DNA from: Azolla caroliniana
Lineage: Eukaryota; Plantae; Polypodiophyta
Assembly (NCBI GenBank): GCA_043228905.1
Contig: JBHGNT010000007.1
Location: forward strand, 5,580,001 to 5,644,000
Reading direction: 5' to 3'
Length of the DNA stretch: 64,000 nt
Position numbers and translations under genes: made by a program. The notes beneath the pieces were generated by a model. The model was not told where the DNA came from, searched no databases, and saw only the letters and a list, made by a program, of their open reading frames with translations. Below, piece after piece: positions 35,774 through 49,566 of this stretch (the first letter of the stretch is position 1; the number at the start of each line of letters is the position of its first letter).

Positions 35774-38700
35774 TGTAGGAAGACAGGTCCCTCCGGATGG
35801 GAAGGGAGAAGAACAGTGCCGAATGAGGAGAACCCGACTTCGGAGAGTCGGATGGTGCAGGCCCGGTATGAACCGGATGAGGAGTACCCGACTGCTGAGA
35901 GTCGGATGGTGCAGGCCCCGACTTCGGAGAGTCGGATGGTGCAGGCCCGGTATGAACCGGATGAGGAGTACCCGACTGCTGAGAGCCGGATGGAGCCCAT
36001 CGAGGCTACATTTGTAAATAGCCGAAAAGTCATATTGGTATAAATATGATTTAGGGCAAACTTTTGATGATGATGATGTTGTTATTATTCTTCCTTGTTG
36101 GTGCAAGAAGAAATAAGAGAGCGCGTAGCTGTACAGAGAGATAGATAGAGAGAGAGAGAGACGAGGTCGTTGCCTCTGTTGTAACCGCCGCCTGTGGCGA
36201 AGATCTGTGAGCACGAGGTCGTTGCCTCAGTGATCTCACTGTTGTATATTTCTGCATAGTGACAGTTTGCAGCTTGTGGGCTGCCGTGGTTTTTCCCCCT
36301 ATTTTGGGGTTTTCCACGTATATCTCCTATGCACCATTTCTCTCCTTCTTTCCTTTGTGTCGCGTTTTCATTTCCTGTTTTTCTGTGTGTGTAAAGAATC
36401 TCGGTTGTGGCCGAGCGTCGGACATAAGGAACGTCGAGTTCTCAACAAGTGGTATCAGAGCAAAATCGACACAAAAAATGGACGAATCGTTTGGCGGCAT
36501 GTTCAAGCTCACCGGCTCCAACTATTCAGTGTGGAAGTCGAAGATGAGGGACATGCTCGTGGTTAAAGACCTCTGGCTGCCGGTTCAGTTCGGGGACAAG
36601 AGACCGGACAAAATCGACGCCGCGATATGGGAGGTGATGCACATGAAGACAACGGCGTACATATGGTGCTTCATCGACATGAGCCTGTACAACAACTTCA
36701 ATGAAGAGAGTAAGGCTCATGAGCTCTGGGAGAAGATCGGCACAATTTTCCAGAACAAAAATGCTGTCAATCAGGCGTCGGTATTCCGGAAGCTTGTAAG
36801 ACTCCGGTACCAAGATGGCTCCAGCATGGCGGAGCATATGAATGCCTTCCAAGGGCTGATTCACCAGGCAACGTCATTGGAAGTACCTCTTGCCGATGAG
36901 GTCCTAGCGCTACTCCTGCTCGGTTCCCTCCCGGATAGCTGGGAGACGTTGGTTGTTACTTTGGGCAACGCCGGGCCGGAAGGAAAACGACTATCCCTAG
37001 CAAGAGTAAAGTCGAGCTTGCTAGATGAGGAGGCTCGTCGGAAAGACAAAGATACGAGCTCCGACTCCAAAGCGCTCCTTACCGAATCGGAACGCAGAAG
37101 ACATAGAAACCGTAGTCCCCAGAACCAGGAGAAGTCGGGGACACGATCAAAGTCAAGGGGGAGGCCTACTTGCTTCTATTGCGGCAAGCCGGGACACTTC
37201 CAAAAGAACTGTCGGCATTTCCGTAAAGACAAGGAAACCGACGGTACCGATTCGAAGCAAACCCCGAACCGGAACGGTACAGACCGGAACGGTAAAGACC
37301 GGAGGGGGCCGGACCGGAAGGGAACGACGGCAATTGCGGCAAGTGAAGAGGAGTTGATGCTCATCACCGAGGAGAGTGAGATAAACCATGCCGGCGATGA
37401 GATGACTTGGGTGGTAGACTCCGGAGCGTCGTTCCACCTTACCCCGGACCGGAAATGCTTCTCATCCTACTCAGCCGGTGATCACGGCTGTGTCCGGATG
37501 GGGAATGAAGGAACATGCCGAATTGTCGGCATAGGAGACGTGTGGCTGACAACACCAACCGGATGCAAATTGCTGTTGAAAGATGTCCGACACGTTCCGG
37601 AAGTTCGTCTGAACCTGATATCAACCGGTCGGCTAGATGATGAAGGCTACACGGGTAGCATCCGGAACGGTGTCATGAAGTTCAGCAAAGGGAGCCTGAT
37701 TGTGGCTCGGGCCCGGAAGGTAAACACACTGTACCTGATGAATGCCCGGTTATGTCCGGAAGAAGTGAACGTGGCTTCCGACACTGCCGGTGAGCTGTGG
37801 CACAAGAGGCTATGTCACATGAGTGAGAAGGGGATGAAGAGGCTTGCAGACGACAACCTCATCCCAGTGAAGAACGTGCATTTAGAGAAGTGCACTGATT
37901 GTCTGGCCGGTAAGCAGAACCGGACCTCCTTCCGACCAAGGCCACCGATGAGACGTAATGCACCACTGGAGTTGGTGCATACAGATGTTTGTCAAGTAGA
38001 CACGAAGTCACATGCCGGAGCGCAGTACTTCGTGACGTTCATAGATGACCACAGCCGGAAGCTGTGGGCCACACCGTTGAAGACGAAGGATCAGGTGTTA
38101 TCCGTCTTCAAAGAGCTCCACGCGAGAGTGGAAAGAGAAACCGGCAGGAAGCTGAAGGCGGTTCGAGCAGATAACGGAGGTGAGTACCGGGGGCAGTTCG
38201 AGGAGTACTGCCGCTCGAAGGGAATCCGGCTCGAATTTACCGTGCCGAAGACGCCGGAACTAAACGGACTGGCCGAGAGGATGAACCGGACCATAATGGA
38301 GAGGGTCTGGAGTATGCTAGCGCATGCAAAACTACCCAAGAAGTTTTGGGTTGAGGCACTGTCGACGGCGACATATGTGATAAATAGATCACCCTCAGTA
38401 CCCTTGGACGGAGACACGCCACAGAGAGTATGGACCGGTAAGGAAGTGTCCTACCGGCATCTGAGGGTGTTCGGGTGTCTCGCGTACGTGCATGTAGCAA
38501 AGGACCGGAGAGGAAAGCTAGATCCAAAGACCCGGCCATGCATATTCCTCGGTTACGGTGACGATGAGTTCGGCTACCGAGTGTGGGACCCGGTCGACAA
38601 GAAGGTATTCCGGAGTCGAGATATTATCTTCATGGAGGACAAGACGATCGCCGACTGGGAGTCGGAGAAGAAGATAATGAACCCCGAGTCGACCGGTAAG

Positions 38701-41195
38701 GATAGACTCTACAATGAGCAGACCCAACCGGCAAGAGACCGGTTAGCACTCGAGGAACCAGCCGGTTATGGTGAGGATACCGAACCGGCAGAAGAAGAAG
38801 TAGAGGAAGCTGAGACCGGAACCGGTCAAAATCCCGAATCGGATTCGGATGAAGAGCAAATGGAGGAATCGATTACCGAAGCCCGAAGACGTAGATATCC
38901 TCTCAGAGAGAGAAGGGCGCCCCGGAGATTTCCGGATGCAGAGCATGTCCTGCTGACCGATGAGGGGGAGCCGGAAAGCTTCGAAGAAGCGAAGGTTGAC
39001 ACCCACAGCCGAAAATGGTTAAGTGCCATGCAGGATGAGATGGATTCCCTGCATGAGAACCATACGTATGAATTGGTGGAGCTGCCGAAAGGAAAGCGGG
39101 CACTCCGAAACAAGTGGGTATTCAAGTTGAAACCGGGAGATGCCGGCAACCCCCCGAGATACAAAGCCAGGATCGTGGTGAAGGGGTTCCAGCAGAAGAA
39201 GGGCGTGGACTTCGACGAAATATTCGCCCCGGTAGTAAAGATGACCTCCATCCGGACGGTGCTGAGTATTGCAGCAAGCATGGATCTCGAGGTAGAGCAG
39301 CTGGACGTGAAGACGGCATTCCTTCACGGCGACCTCGAAGAGGAGATCTACATGCAGCAACCGGAAGGATTTGTGGAGAAAGGGAAGGAGCACCTGGTAT
39401 GCCGGTTGAAGAAGAGCTTGTACGGACTGACGCAGGCTCCCCGGCAATAGTATCGGAAGTTCGACTCCTTCATGACCGATCAAGGGTACCACAAGACGCA
39501 GGCCGATCACTACGTGTTTGTGAAGAAGTTCGAAGGAGGGGACTTCCTGATACTCCTCCTGTACGTGGACGACATGTTGATCGTCGGACGAGACCAAGGC
39601 AAAATACGGATGCTGAAGAAGGCTCTCAACCAGACCTTCTCAATGAAAGACCTGGGTTCGGCAAGACAGATGTTGGGGATGCACATCATTCGGGACCGGT
39701 CAGTGAAGCAACTATGGCTGTCACAGGAGAAGTATGTGACAAAGGTGCTTCACCGGTTCAACATGTCAGATGCAAAACCGGTCGGATCGACACTTCCGGC
39801 AAACTGCAAGTTGTCCGGCAAGCAAAGCCCGAAGACAAAAGGAGAAAAGGCAGATATGATGAAGATTCCATATGCCTCTGCCGTCGGGAGCTTGATGTAC
39901 GCAATGGTTTGTACCCGACCGGACATTGGATACGCAGTCGGAGTGGTGAGCCGGTTCATGAGTAATCCCGGCAAGGAGCATTGGAACGCGGTCAAGTGGA
40001 TACTCCGGTATTTGAAGGGCACTTCAAATATGTGTCTCCGATTCGGCACCGGAAAACCTCAACTGGACGGTTTCACCGATTCGGACATGTCGGCTGATGT
40101 GGATACCAGCCGGTCTACATCCGGGTATGTGATGACATATGCAGGGGGAGCTGTTTCGTGGCGGTCGAGGCTGCAGAAGACGGTTGCATTGTCAACCATA
40201 GAGGCGGAGTACATGGCGGCTGTGGAAGCTGGCAAGGAAATAATATGGATGAAGGACTTCATCGGGGAGCTCGGTATCCGGCAAGAGGAATACCGACTCT
40301 ACTGCGACAGTCAAAGTGCCATCCACCTTGCTAAGAATGCGGCCTACCATTCCCGGACAAAGCATATCCAGCGGAGGTATCACTGGATCCGGGAAAGGGT
40401 AGATGACCAGGAGTTCACATTGGCGAAGATCCACACGGCCGAGAACGGGTCAGATATGCTGACCAAAGTGCTGACACCCGACAAGCTGGACGCATGCCGG
40501 AAGAGGATCGGGCTGGAAAGACACCCCATGCCGGAGTGAAGGGGGAGTTTGTAGGAAGACAGGTCCCTCCGGATGGGAAGGGGGAAGAATAGTGCCGAAT
40601 GAGGAGAACCCGACTTCGGAGAGTCGGATGGTGCAGGCCCGGTATGAACCGGATGAGGAGTACCCGACTGCTGAGAGTCGGATGGTGCAGGCCCGGTATG
40701 AACCGGATGAGGAGTACCCGACTGCTGAGAGCCGGATGGAGCCCATCGAGGCTACATTTGTAAATAGCCGAAAAGTCATATTGGTATAAATATGATTTAG
40801 GGCAAACTTTTGATGATGATGTTGTTGTTATTATTCTTCCTTGTTGGTGCAAGAAGAAATAAGAGAGCGCGTAACTGTACAGAGAGATAGAGAGAGAGAG
40901 AGAGAGAGACGAGGTCGTTGCCTCTGTTGTAACTACCGCCTGTGGCGAAGATCTGTGAGCACGAGGTCGTTGCCTCAGTGATCTCACTGTTGTATATTTC
41001 TGCATAGTGACAGTTTGCAGCTTGTGGGCTGCCGTGGTTTTTCCCCCTATTTTGGGGTTTTCCACGTATATCTCCTATGCACCATTTCTCTCCTTCTTTC
41101 CTTTGTGTCGCGTTTTCATTTCCTGTTTTTCTGTGTGTGTAAAGAATCTCGGTTGTGGCCGAGCGTCGGACATAAGGAACGTCGAGTTCTCAACA
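35774..41195 (+). mobile_element. Near-intact Ty1/Copia element
   Basis: LTRs 35774-36447 and 40550-41195; TSD CCACT; PBS TGGTATCAGAGC (tRNA-iMet) 36450-36461; PPT GAAGGGGGAG. Confidence 0.97.
36478..40539 (+). pseudogene. gag-pol: Copia gag-pol (GAG-PR-INT-RT-RH) with a single nonsense codon at 39448-39450
   Basis: CFYCGKPGHFQKNC, WVVDSGAS, WHKRLCH, QLDVKTAFLHG, QAPRQ-stop in place of W, YVDD; same frame either side of the TAG. Confidence 0.95.
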
Positions 41196-41659
41196 CCACT
41201 TAACAAAGTGCCTACTAAACCCACTCGTGATGCATTGGTGGGATACCGGGAAGGATGCATTTGAATAACTAATCGTACCTGGTTAAGGAACCCTCTAAAC
41301 TGCGATCGCGTTCCATCGAACTTCGTGGGAAGGCCAATCTTGGGTTCTTTATGAATCCCTTGTGTTCCAGGCCCTTGTTGTTGCATCGCTATGATGGTTG
41401 GTTCGAGTTGTTGCACGCGTAACGCAAGTTCCCCATGCTGTTGTTGCGTTTGCTGCTTTTCTAAGGAGATTTGCTGAAGATCCCCCAGCAACCGTTGGTT
41501 TTCTTGTTCCAAAGCATGGAACTTCTCTTTCAAGCATTGAAATTCCGAGAAAACAGATGATATTCTTCAGCGCTAATAGTGGCCATGGGATGAAAGAAAA
41601 GAGGAATAAGAGATTAGTAGGAAATGAGAGAGACAGAAGGTAGGAAAATCGGTGCAAAC

Positions 41660-42071
41660 TGTCAGGAACAGTACTAAGACAGAGAAGGAATTAGTACTAA
41701 AAGAAGTATTAGTACTAAGAGAGGTGAAGAACTCTCGAGAGAAGGAAAGAGTGAGTGAGAGGGAGAGAGAGAGAGTGATGATAAGAAAAGATATATATTA
41801 TGTGAAGAAAATGTACAGTAGCTAGGAGGCTTAAGACTGACGTTGAATCGATTTGGTTCGAAATAATGCCTTGTGCCTCCTTTTATAGTGTTCTAAGGAA
41901 TACTCCTGAAGTTTCTAGAATGTTCCAGAGAAATCTAGAATATACATCAATTTTCTATAATAAAACATAAATGAAAATAATATTCTATGTATTACAATGT
42001 ATAGTCTAATGGTCAAGAGCTCGACCCATGTAGTATAAGGTCATGGGTTCGAGTCTTGCCATATCATGACA
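41660..42071 (-). repeat. Element A 5' LTR
   Basis: TGTCA...TGACA, diverged relative of the C LTRs. Confidence 0.92.
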
Positions 42072-42199
42072 GTGTGTGCCTTGTAAGTGTTTGAGGAGCT
42101 ACCAATAAGATCTTGTGAAATGTTGACTGATGTTACTCCCCTTTTTGCACCAATTTCTTGCTTACGCCTTACGGATCCACGATCTTCTTCATTGGTTGG

Positions 42200-44700
42200 T
42201 TTCGGTGCACCTGCGTGATACACCACCATCTGACTCATTTCTTCAATGGACTCCATACATGCCAAAATTGTTGCACGATTGAGGGATCATAACCCTTGCC
42301 TAAGACATTGAATAGACCCCTCATCCGTTTGTAATTTTGACTCCCATTCCTCCATTTGTGATGTTATAGGGTTTGTCTCCTCGACCAGTTCTACCTCTGT
42401 CTCCACTTCCGTCTCTGTGAAATGGTCATTATGCATATGGGTTGCATGATCTATAAAAGGCAACGACCCACATAGATGTGGCATGTGCCTCTCAATAATA
42501 ATCCAGATGACAAGTATATGCTTACATTTACTCGTAGGGTCTTGGCAATCACAATATAAGCATTAGAGCGATACATTATACCATACATTCGGTTTTGTCA
42601 AGCTCAATATTTTAAACCAATATCGGGGCTCGTCCACAATATGCATTGTTGCATCATTAGTTTCATACCTCTCTGGTAGCCTCTCCGCCTCTTTAAGTCT
42701 TGTTGTTTGATCCCTACAATTTGCACGGGGTGCAAATCTACCACTCTCACATATTTATTGTCGTTGCTTGTACCATTCAATAACAGTACCCCCGATGCAA
42801 GTGCCAGTTTGACTGTCCCCGATTAAAACACGCACAAGATCGGTAATTGATCGGTTTACCCTCCCTCTCAAGGCAGTATATTTGATAAACTGCCAATGTC
42901 TCTCCACAAGATTGGTAGTGTCAACATGTCCGTAGTTGAACATTCTACCAAAATTGGGCCACAGTTTCCTCCACACACATGTCAAGCCACACCATCCTCC
43001 TATATATTGCCAAACACTTGGCTTGTTTGCATATTCTACCTTTAACTCCTCACATTGGGCATTGAATGTGGATTCCGTAATGCATTGCATGAGTTGGCAC
43101 ATCCGATTATAAAGATGGTTTCTCTCAGTTGCACTTACCTTTGGCAACAAGTTGTCCAGCCATGCTTTTTTTGCATGGAATTGACACACAACAAAAGTCG
43201 ACAATGTGTTTGTGACCTTTGCCCATTTGTAACTATCCAAGATAATCGGTCTGTTGCAACCACATTACTTATGGCATTATATGATGTCCAACTTTTATTG
43301 ATGACTATGGCATTTGGCCTCACGTTGGGCATCCGTGCAAATATGACTCTCAAGCAAGTTTCTAAAGCTACTTGCTCATGGTTAGACCCCTTATTAGAAC
43401 TACATATCATGTACCATAATGGGATACCAACTCCCACGGCATTTGGGGCCACATTTGCATATAATGGCAAGCCAAATTGGTTTGTTTTAAACGTGGAGTC
43501 GATTGCCCAAGAGTTGTTTATTGACAATCGCTCACACATCTCTAACATCCATCCATCTTGGAGCACCAAGATGAACGGTTGTAACTTGTTGGCCATGTTA
43601 TGGACCTCCTTTGGCATCATAAGGAACCTATAACTCACAAGGTCTAATGAACTAGCCTTGAACTTATGATATGCTTCCTTATGCATGCTCATCCATGCCA
43701 CATGTCGTGCTCATCCAACATCAAAAAAGTCATCTCTACAACAACTTATAACATTTGGGGCCACCAGCAAATAGTACGCATCTAGTCTACTTCCCGGTAC
43801 ATGACTTGTATGAGGTCCATGTATTGAAAGGGTCATTGTCCCATGGTCAACCTCGCCATTCATTCGAGTGTTTACATGAAAAGTACACCCACATCAGGAT
43901 GAATGCTTTCTACGTCGAGTGCACAGATATTGGTTGTTGGCCACACCGGATCAGTGACAATTATACCTAGTCACATGTGCACCCCTTGTGGCCCCTATAT
44001 GGAAGCGTATGTGATACCTCAATTGAACGTCTATGAGCGTATCATCAACCTTATAGGCCTCTATCTTGATCACTTCTATGGGTCTAGACTTTTTATATTT
44101 CACGACACTTGTCACCTCCATCTTAGATGGAGTTAACCTCGACACAACTTGACAACCACATCGGTCAACCATTGCTTTCACATACGCACTAGGGATCCCA
44201 TGGTCACGAAGGTCATTGGACCAAAGTCTCTTTAATTCTATTACAGTACCCGTCAAAGAACGATGTGATGCGCCACAATGTGACGCCAATACTATCTCCC
44301 TCCATTTTTCTACATGCATAACCTGAAGATGAGGCGATGCCTTAAGGTGTATTGCATTCTCATTTCTACGCGTGAGACGACTCTTCATGTGCCGCCATGC
44401 ATGTAAATTAACATATGCACCCCTTGCAATTGTGCTTAATGTTTCAAACGTTACCTTAACTTGACCCGATAAATCTTTAAGCATTAAATCGTACGTACCT
44501 CTTGTGAATACAAAATACCTCGCCGAATAGTACATGAATGGATCAACCTCCTCCGCCTCTTCTTCGGATGAAGCCGACTCATAGTCTTCGAATGCAGACG
44601 AATCCAAGTCTTCATCGATGGTTGCGTAGTATGGTGATGCATAACCATCCTCAGAATCATACAAGGACGTGATGAAATCTACTTCATTTGGATTCATCTC
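42200..44700 (-). pseudogene. Degenerate Mutator-like (MULE) transposase with SWIM finger
   Basis: Fragments WAIDSTFKTN..LPL, CQFHAKKAW, TTNLVERHW and CDCQDPTSKCKH (~42520-42560); frameshifted; TIRs not found. Confidence 0.75.
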
Positions 44701-44748
44701 GATAACTTCTAATTCTTGTAGTGATTAATCAGAGGTAATTAAAGGCAG

Positions 44749-44935
44749 AGAGAGTATGATTAAGTGAATTTGATTAAGACAAAGAATGTGATTAATTGAA
44801 CCTGATTAAGTCAAACAATGTGATTAATCGAACTTGATTAAGATAGAGAATGTGATTAATTAAACTTGATTAAGACAAAGAATGTGATTAATTGAACTTC
44901 ATTAAGACAGAGAATGTGATTAATTGAATCTGATG
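44749..44935. repeat. 32-bp tandem repeat, about 6 copies
   Basis: Unit ~AAAGAATGTGATTAATTGAACTTGATTAAGAC. Confidence 0.9.
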
Positions 44936-45062
44936 TTAAGAGGTAATTAATTGGAGATGGAATCAGCTCTGATTAAAATGACGATGAAGGGTTTAATGTG
45001 ACTTAAAATGTGATTAATTTAAATGTTAATATGACCGTTTTTTTGGCCGAATGTGATTAACA

Positions 45063-45510
45063 AGTTGGGCGACCTGGATTCTAATCGCGAGCTGTTTTTT
45101 AAAACGGTTGGGTGACCTGGTTTAGGACAAAGAATGATTTTTAACAGGTTTGGGCGACCTTCTTTATTACCATCGATGTATTTTATGAGGGTTGGGTGAC
45201 CTGGTAAATATAGGTTGGGTGACCATATTAAAAGAGGTTGGGCGACCTGGATTCTGATCGTGAGTTGTTTTTTAAAACGGTTGGGTGACCTAGTTTAGGA
45301 CAAAGAATGATTTTTAACATGTTTGGGCGACCTTCTTTATTACCATCAATGTTTTTTACGAGGGTTGGGTGACCTAGTAAATATAGGTTGGGTGACTTGC
45401 TTATTTTCCATATTTTAACAGGTTGGGCGACCTGGATTATGAGAGAATGAGGTTTAAGAGGTTTGGGCAACCTAGTTTATTACCATTGATGTTTTAGGGT
45501 TGGGTGATCG
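45063..45510. repeat. GGTTGGG(C/T)GACC motif cluster within a ~173-bp duplication
   Basis: More than ten motif copies; block at 45064 repeated at 45237. Confidence 0.85.
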
Positions 45511-45699
45511 ATTGGTTTAAAACCGCAAATCAATTCGTTTACACTTCAGATTGGTTTAAAACAACAAACCAACTTGAGATTGGTTTAAAACAACAAATCA
45601 ACTTGAGATAAACACTTGTTTCCAACAACTTTTCCATTAATAAGTACTCGCAATATACAATGAGTCGATTCTCGCTATACAAAATTTGTGTGGATTCCA

Positions 45700-46500
45700 A
45701 AATATAGTTACAACATCAGCTCTATAACAAAATCTGTGTTGAAAACAGCAAACTCAAAATTTACAATATGGAGCCACCGGTCGCAGGTGCAAATCCTAGT
45801 ACTCTTCGTGCCCACTCGTCCACATGAATCCGAAGTGAATCCACTTCGCATTTGGTGAACCACATCTCTGTGCCCTGTCACCAAATATGCATAAGAACAC
45901 ATCTATACACAATCCACATGAATAAGGCATTGCAATTACACTTACAAAAGTCGGAGATATCCATCCTCGTAAGAACTCTTCCAGCAACATCTGGATAGTC
46001 TTCATCACGTAAAATCCACAATCCCAACAAATTGGCTGAGTTAGGATGTGCTTGATACGTGATGTCGACCCTCAGACACAATGGTGTGGTCTGACGGTTC
46101 AGATGAAATGGTCTAAATCGCCAACTCTACCATTCTCCGCACGTTGTCAATCGTCGCGTTGTTTAATGGATCGCAAAAGACTACTTTGCTGGTAAGCTTA
46201 GAAACTTTCTGTCGCATCTTCATCCACAACACCCAATGGCCGTCAAGCACGATCGGAATGAACATAAAATCATGTTCAACCACCTTCCTAAGGATGGCTT
46301 GCCCCTTCACCACCTGCTGGTGTAGCTGCACCCACAGTGGGTCGACAATGGTGAAGCGTTCTGTCACCTCGGGTGGCAACGAGTACTCCATAAACAACGT
46401 GAATAAGGTCATAGTCCACGTCGATGCCATTTCACGACACTTGCATATGGTCTCAAGATCTGACTCGGTAACGTCAAGGGCCATATCAAGACGTTGGCAG
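45700..46500 (-). pseudogene. Ulp1/C48 peptidase-like fragment, probably MULE-carried
   Basis: FMFIPIVLDGHWVLW...VVFCDPLN followed by a degenerate Q-x-N-S...GLWIL segment. Confidence 0.55.
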
Positions 46501-49362
46501 GTTAGCTGGTACCTGAATGCATAGAAATATGTAGTTTGAGTAGGTATATCACACTCAATGTCAGTTAGTAGGATACTAATTTATATTTCACATAAAAACT
46601 ACCCAAAAAAGTGTTTATTCGGTGTTTGGATCCACAACCTTATGCCTTGTTGTGCTGAATTTGAACGGTGGCCACATCCGATGCAACGTCATCTAAATCT
46701 GATGTTAGGGTGACATAAAGATCAGTGTTTGACTCGACCTCCTTCCGTCAGACTAGCATCTTCTGTCGTCTCTGTCTCGGTGGAGTGGACACACCACCCT
46801 TAGATGAGTTTAGAGCCTCACTCACATCCGTGGTCACACCCTGCGGTTGGGTGGATATCCCCGCCTTTTTGCACTGTCTCACCGTAATAAGACACATGTT
46901 ATTATCTGAATTATGCCAATATACCCTCCAACACATATCTCAAATGAAATCCTCGCTCATACTTACATAAGAATCCAAACCGGATCTTATCTTCTTCGTC
47001 AACATCTCCAAACGCTCATCCTTTTTGGAGTCGTATATGGCCATCTCGTTCTCCATAGATCTCGCCACGAACTCTGCCTCTGTGTCAAGACGGAGCTCGG
47101 CGGTAATAGAGTTGTACCTCGAAACAACCCTAACCTTCAACTTCCGGATATCTTCTGAGAGATCTCTGACGCTCATAGTTATTAAAGCATGCCCCCGGAG
47201 TACCCTCCTCCTCCTCTATACGCATCCCTCATGGTAGGACTATGTCTATTCCATGTTCCCTGCGTAAATGTGATTCCATGTCACTTTTTTTGCGATACCA
47301 CCTTGGCGAGAGGTGGCAATACTCAGTATAGATACACGCACGGGCCTTCTTCCCATTTGCATCTCTTCTAACCATATACAACGAGTCTGGGCGAGGAGGA
47401 TATGTTCTTTCTGTATGTGTTACATATTTAAGATTGACATAAAGATTGGCATAAAGATTGACATATTGCAACAACACCAAATCCACGTACCATTTGGAGG
47501 AGCATCTTGGTCAAATGTTGCCATGGCATGTATTGGCTTGATCTGAGGCAGATGAACCGATAGTGTCTGATCCATTCTCTCCCCACCCTTAGACATGTCG
47601 GCTGATAAACTTCTCCAATGTCTTCTAACGAAGAACCTTTAACAAATCACGAGTCAACATACATGCATCAAACCCTAAACCAGTATTAGGGGAGATTGGT
47701 TCGTGACATACCTATCTTGAGTTGGATATATGTCACTATTATCGAAATCCCACCAATCTTTGTACTTGGACTTGGAAGCCATCTACAACCATTCAAGCAA
47801 ATCATTGTACGACCTTAAATAATTGACATAGTAGGAAGTAATGAAATACTTGTTAATACCATGCTCTTGGCCTTTTCACTCGACCTCCTTCCGTCGGACT
47901 GGCAATTCTTCCCTTGTCACATCAAGAGTTTTCTCCAATGATTCGCCAACCCTCTTTAAAGCCTAAAACGGTGTAAACATCTCATTTTTGTTAACACATA
48001 TTATACGTACTGGAAAGGGGAAAAAATACACATGAACATGTTAGAATTCAAAGTTCAACCTATACACGTGCCTCACACTAGAGCTTGCATTGAATACACA
48101 AAGTGTATCATGGGGATGCAAGCTCTGGTGTGAAGCAAACTGGTTAAGAGTTTTTCCCCCTCATTCTAGCACTTAAGTTAACCACTGGCCTTCCCACTTC
48201 ACGATTTCTTGGTTATGACCATTGGTCTTCCCACATCATGATTTCTTGGTTACAATAACCAACATAAAATATATCATAACCAGTTTTAAAATAACTTTCA
48301 GGTCATCATGGTTAAAGGGCATTTTTTCTTGAGTCAACATCACGCAGTGATTCGGGTTTGAAGAGTGCAAACCGGTTCAAGACAAAGGAGAACCATTTGA
48401 TGCCCTCTTGTGTCAATATGCAACACTAGACCTCACATACAATATGCAACACTAGACCTCACATACAATATGCAACTTCGTTTTCTCTTTTGCTTTGTCT
48501 TACTATGTGGGTTAAGTCTAGAATCCCTACATTCTTAACACCCCATCATTTATGTCTCCACAGTAACCAACAAAATGGTGATCAGATGTTGTAGGGCCAA
48601 TTCTATGGCTAATGCTTATGCATTTCCCCCAGTTACTACAAAAACTAGTTTCCCAACCGTCCTACCCTTAACCCACTAAAATTCGCTATAGATGTGGTCC
48701 TTAAGATTATGCTTCTAACATTGGAGCCTACTTTTTGTAAGTACGCTCTCTTCTCTCTCTACTCAAGGAAAGATCTAGTGTTTGTGAAACAAGCAAGGAT
48801 ATTTTTCAGGTATCTATTACCTCATATGAACCTAACCTTTTACTCCAAGACTACAAGGCTTGGACCAACATTAACTGATAATTGAAGTTAAATGACACAA
48901 TAAACTCACCAACAATGTCGGAATGGCTGACAAAAATAGAGCATTGACTGCAACTGCTGTCTGTGCAAATATTTCAAGTCAATATTTATATTAGAAAGCA
49001 AGCATTGGAGGTTTCTAAAATGCAAAAGAAAAAATATATCATTTCAAATTTTAAATACTTATGTAACAAGTAATCCAAATTATATGACTAATTATCCTCT
49101 TCTCATAAATACACCGCTTGTCTTTTGAGCTCAAAATTTCACGAGGTCTCTTTCTTTCATGTAGGGGCTTATATAGACATAGTTTGCTAGTCAAATTTAA
49201 CTAATTATCGCAACATAACCAAACAACAAATTTTTCTTGTCCCTTGATCATAAAATGTTAGCTACATTGTGATGCATAAGTCTCTCTGTCTGGTAGAAGC
49301 TTATACATGCATAATTTGTTGAATGGTATCAAACAAAACGTTAGCAAGATAACCTTTTGATA

Positions 49363-49374
49363 TCTTCTTCTTCT

Positions 49375-49417
<43 letters not shown>
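49363..49417. repeat. (CTT)n(CT)n microsatellite
   Basis: Directly visible. Confidence 0.95.
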
Positions 49418-49421
<4 letters not shown>

Positions 49422-49566
49422 AACACCATGTTTGTAATATAGGGTCCCAATGAGAATCTACCTTCATTAGTTCCTTATATCTCATTCTTCGACATAAAAA
49501 TTATGTCAACCTCATCTTTGACATAAAAATCTCCCTCTATCTCATTCTTTCTTTTGACATGTAGAC

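Larger units (their letters stand above)
35009..41586 (-). pseudogene. gag: Element A gag, split by the Copia insertion (35009-35773 + 41201-41586)
   Basis: Matches gag of C on both sides of the CCACT TSD; stops and frameshifts. Confidence 0.9.
1..42071 (-). mobile_element. Element A: decayed Tcn1-like Ty3/Gypsy chromovirus, host of three nested inserts; 3' end lies left of the window
   Basis: Segments 1-1209, 18762-19650, 33987-35773 and 41201-42071 join colinearly across the TSDs and closely match intact element C; 5' LTR at 41660-42071. Confidence 0.92.

Noticed and set aside
35267-36214. 315-aa ORF and similar junction ORFs (41075-41533, 33921-34538, 52314-52853)
   Set aside because: Chimeric read-through across insertion junctions, not genes.
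42002-42062. tRNA gene in the LTR
   Set aside because: A/B boxes are present but I cannot fold convincing acceptor and anticodon stems; reported only as a promoter-like cassette.
44749-44935. CRISPR-like 32-bp array
   Set aside because: Units are contiguous with no unique spacers and no cas genes; eukaryotic tandem repeat.
47500-49560. Possible host gene exons
   Set aside because: AT-rich, only short ORFs without recognisable motifs; cannot be supported from sequence alone.
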